Origin: a virus
Taxonomy: Duplodnaviria; Caudoviricetes
Virus record (IMG/VR): IMGVR_UViG_3300034116_001288
Span: 1-61,242 of that record
Strand: one strand, 5' to 3'
DNA: 61,242 bases
Both the position numbers and the translations under genes were made by a program. Shown here piece by piece: positions 26,270 through 36,553 of this stretch. Numbering within the stretch: the stretch's first letter is position 1; the number at the start of each line of letters is the position of its first letter. The notes beneath the pieces were generated by a model. That model did no database searches. It was not told the DNA's origin and saw nothing but the letters and a program-made list of their open reading frames with translations.

Positions 26270-27858
26270 TGGCAACAATCACCCTCACCTCGGAAGAGCA
26301 GACGATCAACCTCGTGACGGAAGGGTCTGTCTCTCTGTCTGCCAGCAATGGCAAGTCTGCGTATCAGTCGTATCGCGACACGACGACTGATAGTCCCATA
26401 CTGACGGAAGCTCAGTGGGTTGCGTCTCTCGACGGACCTGCTGGTGATCCCGGCTCACCGGGACCGGCGGGTGATCCAGGCGAGAAGGGGGACAAAGGTG
26501 ATCCCGGCGACACAGGAGAGCAGGGGGAAACGGGCAAAAGCGCCTACCAATCCTACCTCGATACCACGACTGACGATCCGGTTCTCACGGAAGAAGAATG
26601 GTCTGCTGGCGGAGGAGGTGGGGATTACCTACCGCTGGCTGGCGGAACGATGGATGCCAACGCGACCATCACTTGGGGCAACGCCTCGGCCATCCGCGAA
26701 GCAGGAGCGCAAGGGCTAGAGATCGAGTGCTCGGTCGGCTACCGTTGGCAGTTCGTGGCAGGTCGGATGATCCTGCGCCAAATCAACAGTGGCCAGATCC
26801 AGCGCGTCCTCGCCATCGACGGCGTCACGCCCGGTGATACGGAGGATATCAGCGAGGGTTTTATTGTCGGCACGCGATGGGAAACTCAAGATGGAACCAT
26901 CTATGAATGCACCGACAGCACCGACGGCGCGGCAGTGTGGGTAGACGTTACCCTATCGGGAATTGTTACATCAGGTTCAAGCGCATCATTAAAAGACCTC
27001 GCGCTTAATCCTGACGCCTTGACGGGGAGTCTTGCAACGAGCGCGCTGAATGTAACGCAGACTTGGAATACGACGGGCAATCCGACCTTGCTGAAAGGCT
27101 ACGTCACCAATACCGCAAGCGGATCAGGTGCAAAACTCCTCGACTTAGGGGTTGGCGCGACAACTCGACTGAACCTTGATGCGTCGGGTCATCTTTGCAC
27201 CAACACGGCCGACGATTATGCGTCTTTCGGGTTTATTAATTCGGCGCGGGGGATTGGATACAGTAGCGCAAATGAAAAGATGTTAATGTATGCCAATGCT
27301 TCTGGAATCGTGAACGCAGGGGTTGATTCTAACGGTCTTTTTTTACCTGACGGAGGAAACCTTTCATGGTCTAGTTCCGGCTGGTCTAGCGCCAGTGATC
27401 TCTTTTTATCGCGGGCTGCGGCTGCAACCATCCAGCTAGGAGTAAATCATGCTACGACAGCAATTCGCCAAACGATCAAAGGTTGCAATGCGACCACCGG
27501 AAACGGCGGCGAGCTAGTTCTAAGGGCCGGAACTGGAACTGGAGGCGCAGTCGGAACTCAAGGCGTTTGGCTTGGTGTCCCGTCCGCAAATGCTTTAAAG
27601 CAATACGATTTCAATGGAGCTAACTTAGGCGGGTTTTTCAACGAGTCGCTTCGTGGTAGTCTGCGGTTTGCTGGGGGGTCTGGCGGTGACGTGACACTTA
27701 CAAGCAACTCAAGCAACGGCAACATTGAATTCACTCCCAACGGGACCGGCAGGGTAAAGTTTGGGACTTTTACCACCCTCACGTCTCACACCGCATCGGG
27801 CTACATCGAAATCAAGGATGCAGGAGGAACCACTAGAAGGCTTGCTGTTATTGCCTAA
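26269..27858 (+). CDS. Tail fibre with collagen-like repeats (spans the phage A/B junction)
   Basis: GXY run flanked by two GKSAYQSY.DTTTD.P.LTE..W repeats, YLPLAGGTM, Gly-rich C-terminus. Confidence 0.8.
   Translation: MATITLTSEEQTINLVTEGSVSLSASNGKSAYQSYRDTTTDSPILTEAQWVASLDGPAGDPGSPGPAGDPGEKGDKGDPGDTGEQGETGKSAYQSYLDTTTDDPVLTEEEWSAGGGGGDYLPLAGGTMDANATITWGNASAIREAGAQGLEIECSVGYRWQFVAGRMILRQINSGQIQRVLAIDGVTPGDTEDISEGFIVGTRWETQDGTIYECTDSTDGAAVWVDVTLSGIVTSGSSASLKDLALNPDALTGSLATSALNVTQTWNTTGNPTLLKGYVTNTASGSGAKLLDLGVGATTRLNLDASGHLCTNTADDYASFGFINSARGIGYSSANEKMLMYANASGIVNAGVDSNGLFLPDGGNLSWSSSGWSSASDLFLSRAAAATIQLGVNHATTAIRQTIKGCNATTGNGGELVLRAGTGTGGAVGTQGVWLGVPSANALKQYDFNGANLGGFFNESLRGSLRFAGGSGGDVTLTSNSSNGNIEFTPNGTGRVKFGTFTTLTSHTASGYIEIKDAGGTTRRLAVIA
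26976..27134 (+). repeat. 159-bp direct repeat, copy 1
   Basis: Matches 61084-61242 with one mismatch (A27007 vs G61115). Confidence 0.98.
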
Positions 27859-27862
27859 GTTT

Positions 27863-28117
27863 ATGAATATCTCAATCACCTTCAATACAGAACAAACCGC
27901 AGCTCTTGATGAGCTGCTCGCTAGCCATAACGCGGGCTTGGAAGCTCCGGTTTCGGCGGAAGCTTACCTACAGACTGTCCTGCTTGGAATCATCAACGAC
28001 AAGGTCGAGCGGCAATTTGAAGCGACCGCCAACAATCTAGTCAAAGCATCGAAACAATTGACTTATGAATCAAGAATTGCCCTCATTGCCCAAGTTCAAG
28101 CAGCCATTGAATCCTGA
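27863..28117 (+). CDS. Small protein after the fibre gene (fibre chaperone-like)
   Basis: Position and coupling. Confidence 0.55.
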   Translation: MNISITFNTEQTAALDELLASHNAGLEAPVSAEAYLQTVLLGIINDKVERQFEATANNLVKASKQLTYESRIALIAQVQAAIES

Positions 28118-28283
28118 GATTTCATTGCAACAAGCGGAAGCCATTGCCGAGCTTGATGCCCTATTGCATCCCGCCATCCTGCCGGGATTCCTGCAAACGG
28201 CAAGCCGCGAACAGTGGCGGAAGATCGCCTATTACATGGACGCGCTTAAAGAGCTTCTACCACAAATGCAAAACGGCGAATAA
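28107..28283 (+). CDS. Hypothetical protein
   Basis: Short ORF that fills the gap. Start uncertain. Confidence 0.35.
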   Translation: MNPEISLQQAEAIAELDALLHPAILPGFLQTASREQWRKIAYYMDALKELLPQMQNGE

Positions 28284-28305
28284 CCGTAAATAAGGATTTC
28301 CAATT

Positions 28306-29733
28306 ATGAAACTCTTCTTTGACCTCCGCATTGATCGGCTAGTTGCCGCACCTGGGCAGGATTCTGTCATTACCGGTTTGGCCGGAAAGTCTGGAGACGG
28401 CGCGACTCCGGTTCAGCTCATTTTCGGGCGAAGCTCTGACCCGACAAGCACGACCTCGATTGTCGAAGCGCCAACTTGGACGCCGGAAAACCTGCCTGGT
28501 GGAACTGTGATCAGGATCGGCATCAAGGAGGAGGGCGAATATAGTGACGGCACACTCCTCGCCTCAAACTCAACGTGGACGCATGATGCGGGAACCTACA
28601 CCTACACCGGAACGCTCGACCTTAACACCAACGAGATCGACACGGCACTCAATCGCGACGATGCCAACGCCGGAAACGACGTTGCTAGCCTCGCCTGTAG
28701 TTTTGAGCTGACCTATCAACCCAGCGGATCGGGCGGATGGAGAAGCTCTGTTGAGCCTGTCGAGTTTACCATTTATCACGACATCCTTGTAGGCGATGAG
28801 GCCACGCCAACAAACGCAGGAGACCCGACTCAATACCTTCTCAAGGCAAGCGGCATCGAATGGCTTCCCACGGTAACGAGTCAGACCGGAGGCACTGCTG
28901 CCGATCTGGATGCAATCGCGACGGTGAGCGTGACCGTTGGAAAGGCGGTCATGTTTAAAGATGCGGACACATCAAATCTCATCCGCCTTTACCAACTGAT
29001 TGCAAGCACCGATGCAGAAAGCGCACCAACAACCATCCGCCCAGATGACTATAACGCATCGACCAACGCAAAGGTCTGGCGCAACTTTCCGCTCGATGTG
29101 GCAGTCATTGCTGAACCTGTAAATGGCCTTTCCTCCTCGATTGCCAACGAGGTGGTTTTGTTCAACGGGACCGACGGGAAGCAGCTAAAGCGAGCGACCA
29201 CGACCGGCATTGCAAAACTTACAAGCGGAGTTCTATCTGCGGCCACGGCAGGCACGGACTACGCAACCGGAGGCGCGATTGGCAGCTCAGGGTTGACGAT
29301 GTCAACGGCGCGGCTTTTAGGGCGCACCACGGCCTCAACGGGCGCAGTGGAGCAAATCACCGTTGGCACTGGCTTGACGCTCTCAGGCGGCAATCTCAGC
29401 TCAACGGTGGGGCTTGAGGCGCTTCCTAGTGGAGTCGTAACACTCTCGACCGATACAAGCCTCATCGTCGGCTCCCACGACAAGCAATACATCGAATGCG
29501 GCAGCGGAGTATCGACGGTGACAATTTCCGCGCAGGCCGATACGACGTGGGTTCAAGATAGCCATTTCTGGATTGTAAACCGCAAGTCCTCCGGTTCCGT
29601 TACACTCGCGGAAGGGTCTGGCGTGACATTGATTTCCCACGGAAGCACCACCGGATCGATTTCTTTGGCGCATACCGAAAACCCTATCCATCTTTGGCGC
29701 AGTAATACCAATGAATGGAGGGTCATCTCCTAA
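28306..29733 (+). CDS. Tail fibre / baseplate-attached protein
   Basis: Adaptor-like N-terminus, IRPDDY, LFNGTDGK.LK, ATAGTDY, LLGR.TA.TG.VE.ITVG.GL fibre motifs. Confidence 0.75.
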   Translation: MKLFFDLRIDRLVAAPGQDSVITGLAGKSGDGATPVQLIFGRSSDPTSTTSIVEAPTWTPENLPGGTVIRIGIKEEGEYSDGTLLASNSTWTHDAGTYTYTGTLDLNTNEIDTALNRDDANAGNDVASLACSFELTYQPSGSGGWRSSVEPVEFTIYHDILVGDEATPTNAGDPTQYLLKASGIEWLPTVTSQTGGTAADLDAIATVSVTVGKAVMFKDADTSNLIRLYQLIASTDAESAPTTIRPDDYNASTNAKVWRNFPLDVAVIAEPVNGLSSSIANEVVLFNGTDGKQLKRATTTGIAKLTSGVLSAATAGTDYATGGAIGSSGLTMSTARLLGRTTASTGAVEQITVGTGLTLSGGNLSSTVGLEALPSGVVTLSTDTSLIVGSHDKQYIECGSGVSTVTISAQADTTWVQDSHFWIVNRKSSGSVTLAEGSGVTLISHGSTTGSISLAHTENPIHLWRSNTNEWRVIS

Positions 29734-29735
29734 TC

Positions 29736-30038
29736 ATGAAAGACGCCGCTTTATCGCTCGCCAACGCGCTCAAGGTTAACCCTATTGTGACCGCCGCCAT
29801 CATTCTGCTCGCTGCTTGCTGCGTCACGTCATGGAGAGCGGCCGTTGCCTTTACTAGGCTGAGTCGCGCAGTCGAGCAATCATGGAGTTATAACATGGAA
29901 CGCGAAAGCTGGGACAAGTTCGCAAGGCTGAACGCGCAGATTCAGATTCCCGATGTGGAGAAGATTCGCAAGGAGCATATATCGGCCAGCGAGAAGACAG
30001 ACGACCTTTTTGAATTTTTGGGTCAGGCCGGGAAGTGA
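29736..30038 (+). CDS. Single-TM hypothetical protein
   Basis: IVTAAIILLAACCV hydrophobic segment. Confidence 0.55.
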   Translation: MKDAALSLANALKVNPIVTAAIILLAACCVTSWRAAVAFTRLSRAVEQSWSYNMERESWDKFARLNAQIQIPDVEKIRKEHISASEKTDDLFEFLGQAGK

Positions 30039-30745
30039 GTCGCGATTGACACGGACGCGACTGGGAAACATCCGCCTTGGCCTTGACCTTGACCGCCTCT
30101 GTCGTTGATGCCTAAATACGACGATCCGAGATCGAACATTGGGTATGTGGTAATAAATGGAAACGGTCCAGATGTGTCCACTTTGCTGATTGAAGCACTA
30201 ATAATCGGAGGGTAGCCCAAAACGCTCCAAACATAATCGCCTTCCTGATCTTTTGCCGGAACTGGAATTGGCGCGAAAAGTGAAACGTCAAACTCCCAAT
30301 AGCCGATAAATTCGGTAAAGTTTAAACGTGTTAAATACGTCATTCCCGAAAGCCCGACAGGATTGAAAAATTCCGACTCCTCATCTGGGTCAGTATCTCT
30401 TTGAAAAAGCTTTGCCTGCGTGTCCCATTTATAGTCGAGGTTGAACGTTTGAAGCTCCGTTGCAGTATCGTAGTATTTCCAAATTCCTGATTCACAGACA
30501 ACCGAGTAAGACACATCTTCTGGAAACTCTTCGCCAAATTCAGAGTTGAAAGCGGCGGAGCTAAACTCAAATGAAAAGTTAAACTCCTTCGCCGTCAGCA
30601 GATCACAAACCTTCCCCGGCGGCATTCTCCAATCGCCAGCAACGTTCCATATTGGAGCTTCTGCCGTTGTATCAATTTCAAAAAACGTATCAGGCACGGC
30701 AAACGGCCACGCCATGCGATAGCGATTCTGAAAAGGTGCGATCAT
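30023..30745 (-). CDS. Putative minor tail protein
   Basis: Last gene of the minus-strand TMP operon, aromatic-rich. Confidence 0.6.
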   Translation of the reverse strand: MIAPFQNRYRMAWPFAVPDTFFEIDTTAEAPIWNVAGDWRMPPGKVCDLLTAKEFNFSFEFSSAAFNSEFGEEFPEDVSYSVVCESGIWKYYDTATELQTFNLDYKWDTQAKLFQRDTDPDEESEFFNPVGLSGMTYLTRLNFTEFIGYWEFDVSLFAPIPVPAKDQEGDYVWSVLGYPPIISASISKVDTSGPFPFITTYPMFDLGSSYLGINDRGGQGQGQGGCFPVASVSIATHFPA

Positions 30746-31392
30746 AGGAACGTTGGAACAACGCGCGTCCTGCTTTCATCTGGCACGGTTGTTAGCGTAT
30801 ACGCGAGCGTTGGGTAGGGTCCGATTAGCTTGGTGGCATAAACATTCTCAAGGATTAACAAAGCGTCTCCCGTATTAGGCGGATCGCCCGGCTCAGGAGG
30901 TTCAACGTATTCCACTTTGTGCAGCGGGATTCGTGTAACCTGCCAATCAAACGGATCGGGGCCGAACTCGTAGGCAGAAGGGTAACTTTCCCAATCGGCC
31001 TGAGCTAGGACTTCAATTGTGATAATCGGGTTTAAGAGAAAATCATTAATTGGCCCAACCATCTTGGCGACTACCCATTTATCTTCTGCAAGCTCAAATG
31101 GCTCCATTTCTATTGTGACTTCCCGCGTTACATCTTCCAGTGAATAGGTTACGGAAGGGTTGAGCAAAATCCATTTTTCTGGCTCAATCTTTGATCTTTC
31201 CAAATCCCATCGAAAGGAACTCGTCGCGGTGCTGAAGATGTGCGGCGGTAGCCATCCGTTTTCTGTCTCTGACCATCCCGGTCTGCCACCAGGGTTGACG
31301 CCGTGCTTTTTCGCAGCAGCAACGACGGCATTTAGCGCATTGGCGAAGTTCGTGTTGCCGCTTTTGAATGTTGGGAATGAGTAACTCATCAC
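30742..31392 (-). CDS. Putative minor tail protein
   Basis: ATGA-coupled in the TMP operon. Confidence 0.6.
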   Translation of the reverse strand: MMSYSFPTFKSGNTNFANALNAVVAAAKKHGVNPGGRPGWSETENGWLPPHIFSTATSSFRWDLERSKIEPEKWILLNPSVTYSLEDVTREVTIEMEPFELAEDKWVVAKMVGPINDFLLNPIITIEVLAQADWESYPSAYEFGPDPFDWQVTRIPLHKVEYVEPPEPGDPPNTGDALLILENVYATKLIGPYPTLAYTLTTVPDESRTRVVPTFL

Positions 31393-32015
31393 TCTGCTGC
31401 TTTTGGTTCAACGAGATTTTTCCACGTTTCCGTCACTGCCCAAACAGTCTTTGCCAGACGCACGCGCTGGAATCCTGCAAGCACGCCTTCAAGTTCATAT
31501 TGGCCCGCGATGTCGCCAGTAAAGTTCGGCGGATTCGGTTGTCGAAGCAAACCCACCGGAAGGCTTGTTGGAACCACGCCGGGAAACTTTGGTTTCGTCG
31601 GATATCTCGTTGATCTGCTGATCCATCGCGTTGTCGCAGTCTGGGCAAAATACCGGAAGCTGACGTTTTCTCCTGTTGTGGTGGTGATTGTCACGCTTTC
31701 CTCCGCGATGTCATCAGTTATGTCGATGACGCCTTTGTCCGTATCGGTTGCGTCAAGAAATCCGAGGTAATTAAGAATGACATCGCAAACCGGACCACGC
31801 TCCTGCCACGATACCGTTTGAAGAAACATGTTTTTGTATGTTGAATGAGCCGCGCCGCGCTTCCATTGCGCCAGTTCCGAATTTAGCTGTGCATTTGCGG
31901 TTCCTACAGCGCCGCGACGAGTCACGGTCAATGTGTCAGGGCCGTCGAACCCCTTAGCGGAATCGACTGAAAAATCGCGGAATGACGTTGTTCCTCTAGA
32001 TGCGGCGGTTGGCAT
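31389..32015 (-). CDS. Putative tail tip / hub protein
   Basis: First gene after TMP. Confidence 0.6.
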   Translation of the reverse strand: MPTAASRGTTSFRDFSVDSAKGFDGPDTLTVTRRGAVGTANAQLNSELAQWKRGAAHSTYKNMFLQTVSWQERGPVCDVILNYLGFLDATDTDKGVIDITDDIAEESVTITTTTGENVSFRYFAQTATTRWISRSTRYPTKPKFPGVVPTSLPVGLLRQPNPPNFTGDIAGQYELEGVLAGFQRVRLAKTVWAVTETWKNLVEPKAAE

Positions 32016-32016
32016 G

Positions 32017-33738
32017 TCAATTAACGGTTACGGCGGATTTAATGTTGCTTTCAATGGATTGAAGAGATGCGGCTTGTTGCTCTTGCAGCGAAAGGTTCTT
32101 CTTCGCTTCTTTGTCGTTTGCCGATGTATTGAGGCGTCGCTTTTCCCCAAGTCCACCGGTTGTCATTCCTGACGCGATGCCGAGGCGCTCGCGATCCTTT
32201 GCAAAAACGTTGTCAGTTCCTAGCGGCGCTCCAGCTTCGCCGAATACGCGATTGGATGGGCGAACGGCTTCTCCGAAAAGCCTCCCGTCCCTGCTGCTTC
32301 TCGCTTCCTTCGGTGGACCCATTTGTTCTGGCGCTACCGTTGGCTTGGGTGGTCCGTAGGTTGTGCCGTCGATCTGCGGAACGTTGTAAGAGTCGCGGCG
32401 TTTTTGCTCTGCCTCGTCAGCAGCAACCCGCTTTCTTTGCTCCTCTGCCTCTTTGTCGTAAACGTCTCCTTGCGGCGTTTGTTGTTTTGGAACCTGCGGA
32501 AAGCTTTTTCCAAATGCTTCCGCGAATTTACCAGCGGCGGCTGTCACCGCGCTTGAAGGCGCCCAATCAATTTGGCCAAGCTCTTCTTGCAATTTTGACG
32601 CAAAATCCGGCGCAGCTTTTTCTTCCGGCTTGGCCTCGCCAATAATTCGCGTGGTATCTACCATGTCCACCTCGCCCTTGAGAGCTTTACCGAAGTTTTT
32701 CGCCAACTCGTAAAACGCGCCGCCAATGGCATCAACCCCTGCCACCAAAACATCAATCAAGATGTTTTTCATGAATGAAAGACCTTCCGCCGAAAACAAC
32801 GCTTGAAGCAACGCGCCAAAAACGTCCAGAGCCTTTGCAAACGCGTCTGCAAGGACGGCCACCAAAAGCGGGACAGACGCTGAAATCATCGCAATGACGT
32901 TTTCCATGTTGAACGCGCTGCCGATTCGCAAACCTAGAGCAGCAAAGTCGAAATTGTCGAATTTGGTCAACACCTCATCAACGTCTCCAGCGATTGGCTC
33001 AAGGAATCCAACGAAAAAGCCTTGAAGCTTTTCGGGAATTCGCGCCATCTTGTCGGAGATCGAATCGAACAATCCTGCAGAGCGATCAAGGATTTCGGCC
33101 TGGGTCCCAAGGAAAGCCCCGGCATTGGCAAAAGCTTGGCCATCGGCGAACAACGTCAAAAGCTCGCCGCCAGACTTCCCGAAAATCTGCATCGCAAGCG
33201 CAGCCCTTTGCGCAGGATCTTTAATTGCCGCAATTTTGCTTTGGATCAATTGGAATTGCGCGGCAGGATCGAGTTTTGAAATGTCTTCAAACTTGATGCC
33301 GAGGGCGTCAAAGGGCTTTGCTGCGGTCTTAGATCCGTTGCCAAAATCAGTGATCGTCTTTTGAAGCTTGTTGATTACTCCGCCAATCTTGTCCGCTGAG
33401 ACTCCATTGTCTTCAAATGCTCTTCCCATTATGGCAAGCTGCCCTGCCGCAATTCCAGTTCGCGCAGAAAGGTCCGCCATCTTTCCGCCCAAATCGGCTG
33501 CTCCTTTTAGCCCTGTGGCAAAACCTGCTCCCGCAGCGGCAGCCCCAGCCAATGCAATTGCGGTTGCCGCCTTCCCAGCAGACAGAGCAAGGCCCCCCAT
33601 GGCCTTGGTAGCACCGCCGAGCGATTGCCCAATCTTAGTGCCGGTAGTTGCTGCCAGCCCTCCAGCTCGTCGCATCGTCGCAGCGAACCCCGTCATATCT
33701 GCCGAGATCGTGGTCTTAAGGTCTGCTTTTGCGGCCAT
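32017..33738 (-). CDS. Tape measure protein (phage B)
   Basis: ISADMTGF N-terminus, DLSARTG, FDALGI, RAALAMQIFGKSG.EL. Confidence 0.85.
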   Translation of the reverse strand: MAAKADLKTTISADMTGFAATMRRAGGLAATTGTKIGQSLGGATKAMGGLALSAGKAATAIALAGAAAAGAGFATGLKGAADLGGKMADLSARTGIAAGQLAIMGRAFEDNGVSADKIGGVINKLQKTITDFGNGSKTAAKPFDALGIKFEDISKLDPAAQFQLIQSKIAAIKDPAQRAALAMQIFGKSGGELLTLFADGQAFANAGAFLGTQAEILDRSAGLFDSISDKMARIPEKLQGFFVGFLEPIAGDVDEVLTKFDNFDFAALGLRIGSAFNMENVIAMISASVPLLVAVLADAFAKALDVFGALLQALFSAEGLSFMKNILIDVLVAGVDAIGGAFYELAKNFGKALKGEVDMVDTTRIIGEAKPEEKAAPDFASKLQEELGQIDWAPSSAVTAAAGKFAEAFGKSFPQVPKQQTPQGDVYDKEAEEQRKRVAADEAEQKRRDSYNVPQIDGTTYGPPKPTVAPEQMGPPKEARSSRDGRLFGEAVRPSNRVFGEAGAPLGTDNVFAKDRERLGIASGMTTGGLGEKRRLNTSANDKEAKKNLSLQEQQAASLQSIESNIKSAVTVN

Positions 33739-33810
33739 GGTCAAACCCCTCTACAAAACAAAGGAGATTTTCAACTTGCGTTTTTCGTTCGTTTTGTTGA
33801 GCGGTCCGAC
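33739..33810. promoter_or_regulatory. Back-to-back divergent promoter pair (TTG-N12-GTTTTGT motif)
   Basis: Minus: TTGAAA-N9-GTTTTGTAGAGG, ATG 36 nt on. Plus: TTGCGT-N9-GTTTTGTTGAGC, ATG 35 nt on. Shared CAACTTG core. Confidence 0.7.
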
Positions 33811-33987
33811 ATGGACACGAAACTTCTTCTGGGTCTTCTCCTTCGCCACGGCCTGACCATTGCTGGCGGCTACGCAACCGGGGCTGGCATTGTCTCGCAG
33901 GCCGATCTCCAGACCGGTATCGGTGCAGCGGTCGCGCTTGTAGGGATTGTGATGTCGGCGCTCGAAAAACGTAAAAGGGTAAAATGA
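33811..33987 (+). CDS. Holin (small, two TM)
   Basis: LLRHGLT..GG, two hydrophobic helices, basic tail, overlaps the endolysin start. Confidence 0.7.
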   Translation: MDTKLLLGLLLRHGLTIAGGYATGAGIVSQADLQTGIGAAVALVGIVMSALEKRKRVK

Positions 33988-34688
33988 CCAAAACCGAGAT
34001 CGTCGAAATCCAAACGCGCCTCAAGGCCCATGGCTTTGATCCAGGTGCAATGGATGGAGTTATCGGGCCGAAAACCCGAGCGGCGATCATCGCGTTTAAA
34101 GTCTCCAAGGCGCTTTCCCCTCGCGACTACATTGGGCCGATTACGCTGGCCGAGTTGCGAAAGGAGCTGCAGGCATCGGTCGCGCCTCCGAAGGTAGCGG
34201 GAGAACCAATCTGGCTACGCCGCGCAAGGCAGGAAATCGGCGTTTCCGAGATTGCCGGGAGGCAGCATAGCAAGCGCATCTTGTCCTACTGGCAGCTCGC
34301 AAAGCTATACTTTTCCGACGACGAGACCCCTTGGTGCGCGGGATACGTCAACGCCATGCTCGAGGACTGCGGGATTGCCGGAACTCGCAGCGGCATGGCG
34401 CGAAGCTTTGAAAAATGGGGCCAGCCCTGCGGAGCCATCCCCGGCGCGATTGTTGTTTTCTGGCGCGGCTCAAAATCAAGCGGATCCGGCCACGTTGGAT
34501 TTGTGACCGGCAAGGACCAATACGGGAACATCATGGTTCTAGGCGGCAACCAAGGCGATGCGGTCAACGTCAAGCCTTTCGACACTTCGCGAGTCGTTGG
34601 CTACCGATGGCCGAAGGGCTTCGACATCGGAAGCGATGCGCTCGATACCGTCGCCAGTGACGGCAAAACATCCCAGAACGAAGCATGA
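33984..34688 (+). CDS. Endolysin: PG-binding domain plus TIGR02594/CHAP-like peptidase
   Basis: DGVIGPKT, DDETPWC, GHVGFV, VLGGNQ. Close homolog of 11446-12141. Confidence 0.9.
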   Translation: MTKTEIVEIQTRLKAHGFDPGAMDGVIGPKTRAAIIAFKVSKALSPRDYIGPITLAELRKELQASVAPPKVAGEPIWLRRARQEIGVSEIAGRQHSKRILSYWQLAKLYFSDDETPWCAGYVNAMLEDCGIAGTRSGMARSFEKWGQPCGAIPGAIVVFWRGSKSSGSGHVGFVTGKDQYGNIMVLGGNQGDAVNVKPFDTSRVVGYRWPKGFDIGSDALDTVASDGKTSQNEA

Positions 34689-34809
34689 TCCCATCCGCCA
34701 TCTTCGGTTCGCTTTTGATGATCGCGGCTTTTGTCCTCGTCCTCAAATGCAGCCAAGACGACGACGATGACGATTTTCCCGATTACCCCGGCGGATACCG
34801 CTGACAACC

Positions 34810-35241
34810 ATGGACGAGGCGAAACGAGACAGAATTCTGGCAGGCATTTTGAAACGACCGAATGCGGCTAACTACGACATCTCGAAAAACCTCTCTGCGG
34901 TGACATCTGCCGAGGTTGCCGAGGTAAGAGCGTCGATGACGGGGCAGGTGATGAAAGGGCCACAAGAGGGCACGCAGGGCGAACTGGAGGCCATTCCGTT
35001 GAACCAAAAGCGAGTCATGCCGCAGAAACCTCAAGGCTCCGATTGCCGAAGACGACTCCATGAGATCAAGCGCGGAGTCTGTTACCGAGTCGCGGACTTC
35101 GCGCAGCACATTGGAGTCTCCGAGGATACGATCAGGCGTCACGCAAAAAGTCTTCATTGCCTTAAATGGGTCGAAATGAGTCCCGACAATTTTGAGGAAG
35201 CCGTCATGAATCCCGAAACCGCTAAATCCTACATGCGATGA
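34810..35241 (+). CDS. HTH-containing protein
   Basis: VADFAQHIGVSEDTIRRH. Confidence 0.6.
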   Translation: MDEAKRDRILAGILKRPNAANYDISKNLSAVTSAEVAEVRASMTGQVMKGPQEGTQGELEAIPLNQKRVMPQKPQGSDCRRRLHEIKRGVCYRVADFAQHIGVSEDTIRRHAKSLHCLKWVEMSPDNFEEAVMNPETAKSYMR

Positions 35242-36233
35242 ACGAAGAGATCGACCTTTCCAACAAGCTTGTAAGCGACTCCGACGCAATGAACCGCGTT
35301 GTAAAGGCGCAGGCAGAACTTGCCAAGGCCCGAGCCGAAGCTTCAGCCCTTCGCAAGGATCGAGACGATGCGCTGGACGAATATAATGCGCTGCGAGCGG
35401 CAAAGTTCCCAATTAAGAACGAATACAAGCCGAGGCCGAGGGTCAAGACCGAGACGGTCAGGCTCATCGCGAACGATGTTCATGGGTCCATGATGGATCG
35501 CGCTGCCGTCGAGGCGTTTCTTGGCGATGTGCGCCGACTTTCGCCGGATGAGATCATTTTGAACGGCGACATTGTAGAATGTGGTGGGTTTTTGGCCAAG
35601 CACCACGCGGCCAACTACATCGCGCAGACGACCTACAGCTATCAGGATGACATCGCCCATGGCAACTGGTTCCTCGATCAGCTCCAAGAGGCCGCGCCCT
35701 CCGCGCAGATTCATTTCATCGAAGGCAACCACGAGGACCGGGTCGAGCGTTGGGTCATCGATGAGACGATGTCGAACTCGCGAGATGCTGAGTTCCTGCG
35801 GCAGCTCAACGCGCCTGAGTTTCTCCTCAAGCTCAAAGAGCGCGGCATCATCTACTACCGGCGATCCGAGACTCACGTTCCGGGCCTGCCTCCTGGCTGG
35901 ATCAAGATGGGGAAAATCTTTTTCGTGCATGAATTGAGCGGATCCAAAAACGCTGCGAGCGATTCGGTGAGTCGCACGGCAGGAAATGTGGTCTTCGCCC
36001 ATACCCATCGAGAAGATTCGGCCACGCGAGTCCTTCCCGGCGTCGGCCTTGTCAAAGCGTGGAATCCCGGCTGCTTGTGCCAACGTCAACCGCTCTGGAG
36101 GCATTCGGACCCAACAGGATGGAGCCACGGATACGGCTATCAAGTCATTGCCAAAAGCGGGGAGTTCCTCCACATCAATGTGGGGATCTGGGAAGGGCGC
36201 TCCCTGCTGGGCAACATGCTGGAAGGCCGATGA
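35238..36233 (+). CDS. Calcineurin-like metallophosphoesterase with N-terminal coiled coil
   Basis: NDVHG, NGDIVE, GNHE, FVH and AHTH motifs. Confidence 0.88.
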   Translation: MNEEIDLSNKLVSDSDAMNRVVKAQAELAKARAEASALRKDRDDALDEYNALRAAKFPIKNEYKPRPRVKTETVRLIANDVHGSMMDRAAVEAFLGDVRRLSPDEIILNGDIVECGGFLAKHHAANYIAQTTYSYQDDIAHGNWFLDQLQEAAPSAQIHFIEGNHEDRVERWVIDETMSNSRDAEFLRQLNAPEFLLKLKERGIIYYRRSETHVPGLPPGWIKMGKIFFVHELSGSKNAASDSVSRTAGNVVFAHTHREDSATRVLPGVGLVKAWNPGCLCQRQPLWRHSDPTGWSHGYGYQVIAKSGEFLHINVGIWEGRSLLGNMLEGR

Positions 36234-36553
36234 GCGCGTTTGAGGGACATTTCCGCAGAGCGCAGGATGCCCTTGGACTCGCTCATTATGACGTTCGCTT
36301 TTCGGTTGAGCCTGGTGCGGGAAACTACGCAAGCATTGAACCAGATCCCGCATCCTGCACTGCGACCTGTCGAGTCGATCTGGAGTTGTGCGAGCGAGAA
36401 GAGCAAACGGCGCAGGTAGCAGTCCATGAAGTTCTGCACCTTTTGCTAGCGGAGCTGCGTCACGCTGCGTCCATCTCAGACGAGGCTGCTGATTGGGTGG
36501 AAGAGCAGATCGTCAGGAAAATCGAAGCCGTGGTTTTTCGAGGGCTGGCATGA
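36230..36553 (+). CDS. Small HEXXH zinc metallopeptidase-like protein
   Basis: VHEVLH...EE.IV, ATGA-coupled. Confidence 0.65.
   Translation: MSAFEGHFRRAQDALGLAHYDVRFSVEPGAGNYASIEPDPASCTATCRVDLELCEREEQTAQVAVHEVLHLLLAELRHAASISDEAADWVEEQIVRKIEAVVFRGLA

Larger units (their letters stand above)
1..26975 (+). mobile_element. Phage A: partial tailed-phage genome (lambda-like head and non-contractile tail morphogenesis region)
   Basis: Colinear terS-terL-gpW-portal-S49 protease-capsid-neck-tail tube-chaperone-TMP-baseplate-fibre genes. No replication genes in the window. Confidence 0.9.

Noticed and set aside
26440-26540. Gly-X-Y repeat as a novel element
   Set aside because: Ordinary collagen-like segment of phage fibres.
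26976-27134. DGR template/variable repeat pair (A vs G difference in a fibre gene)
   Set aside because: Only one mismatch, no reverse transcriptase, not at the gene 3' end. The circle/lasso explains it.
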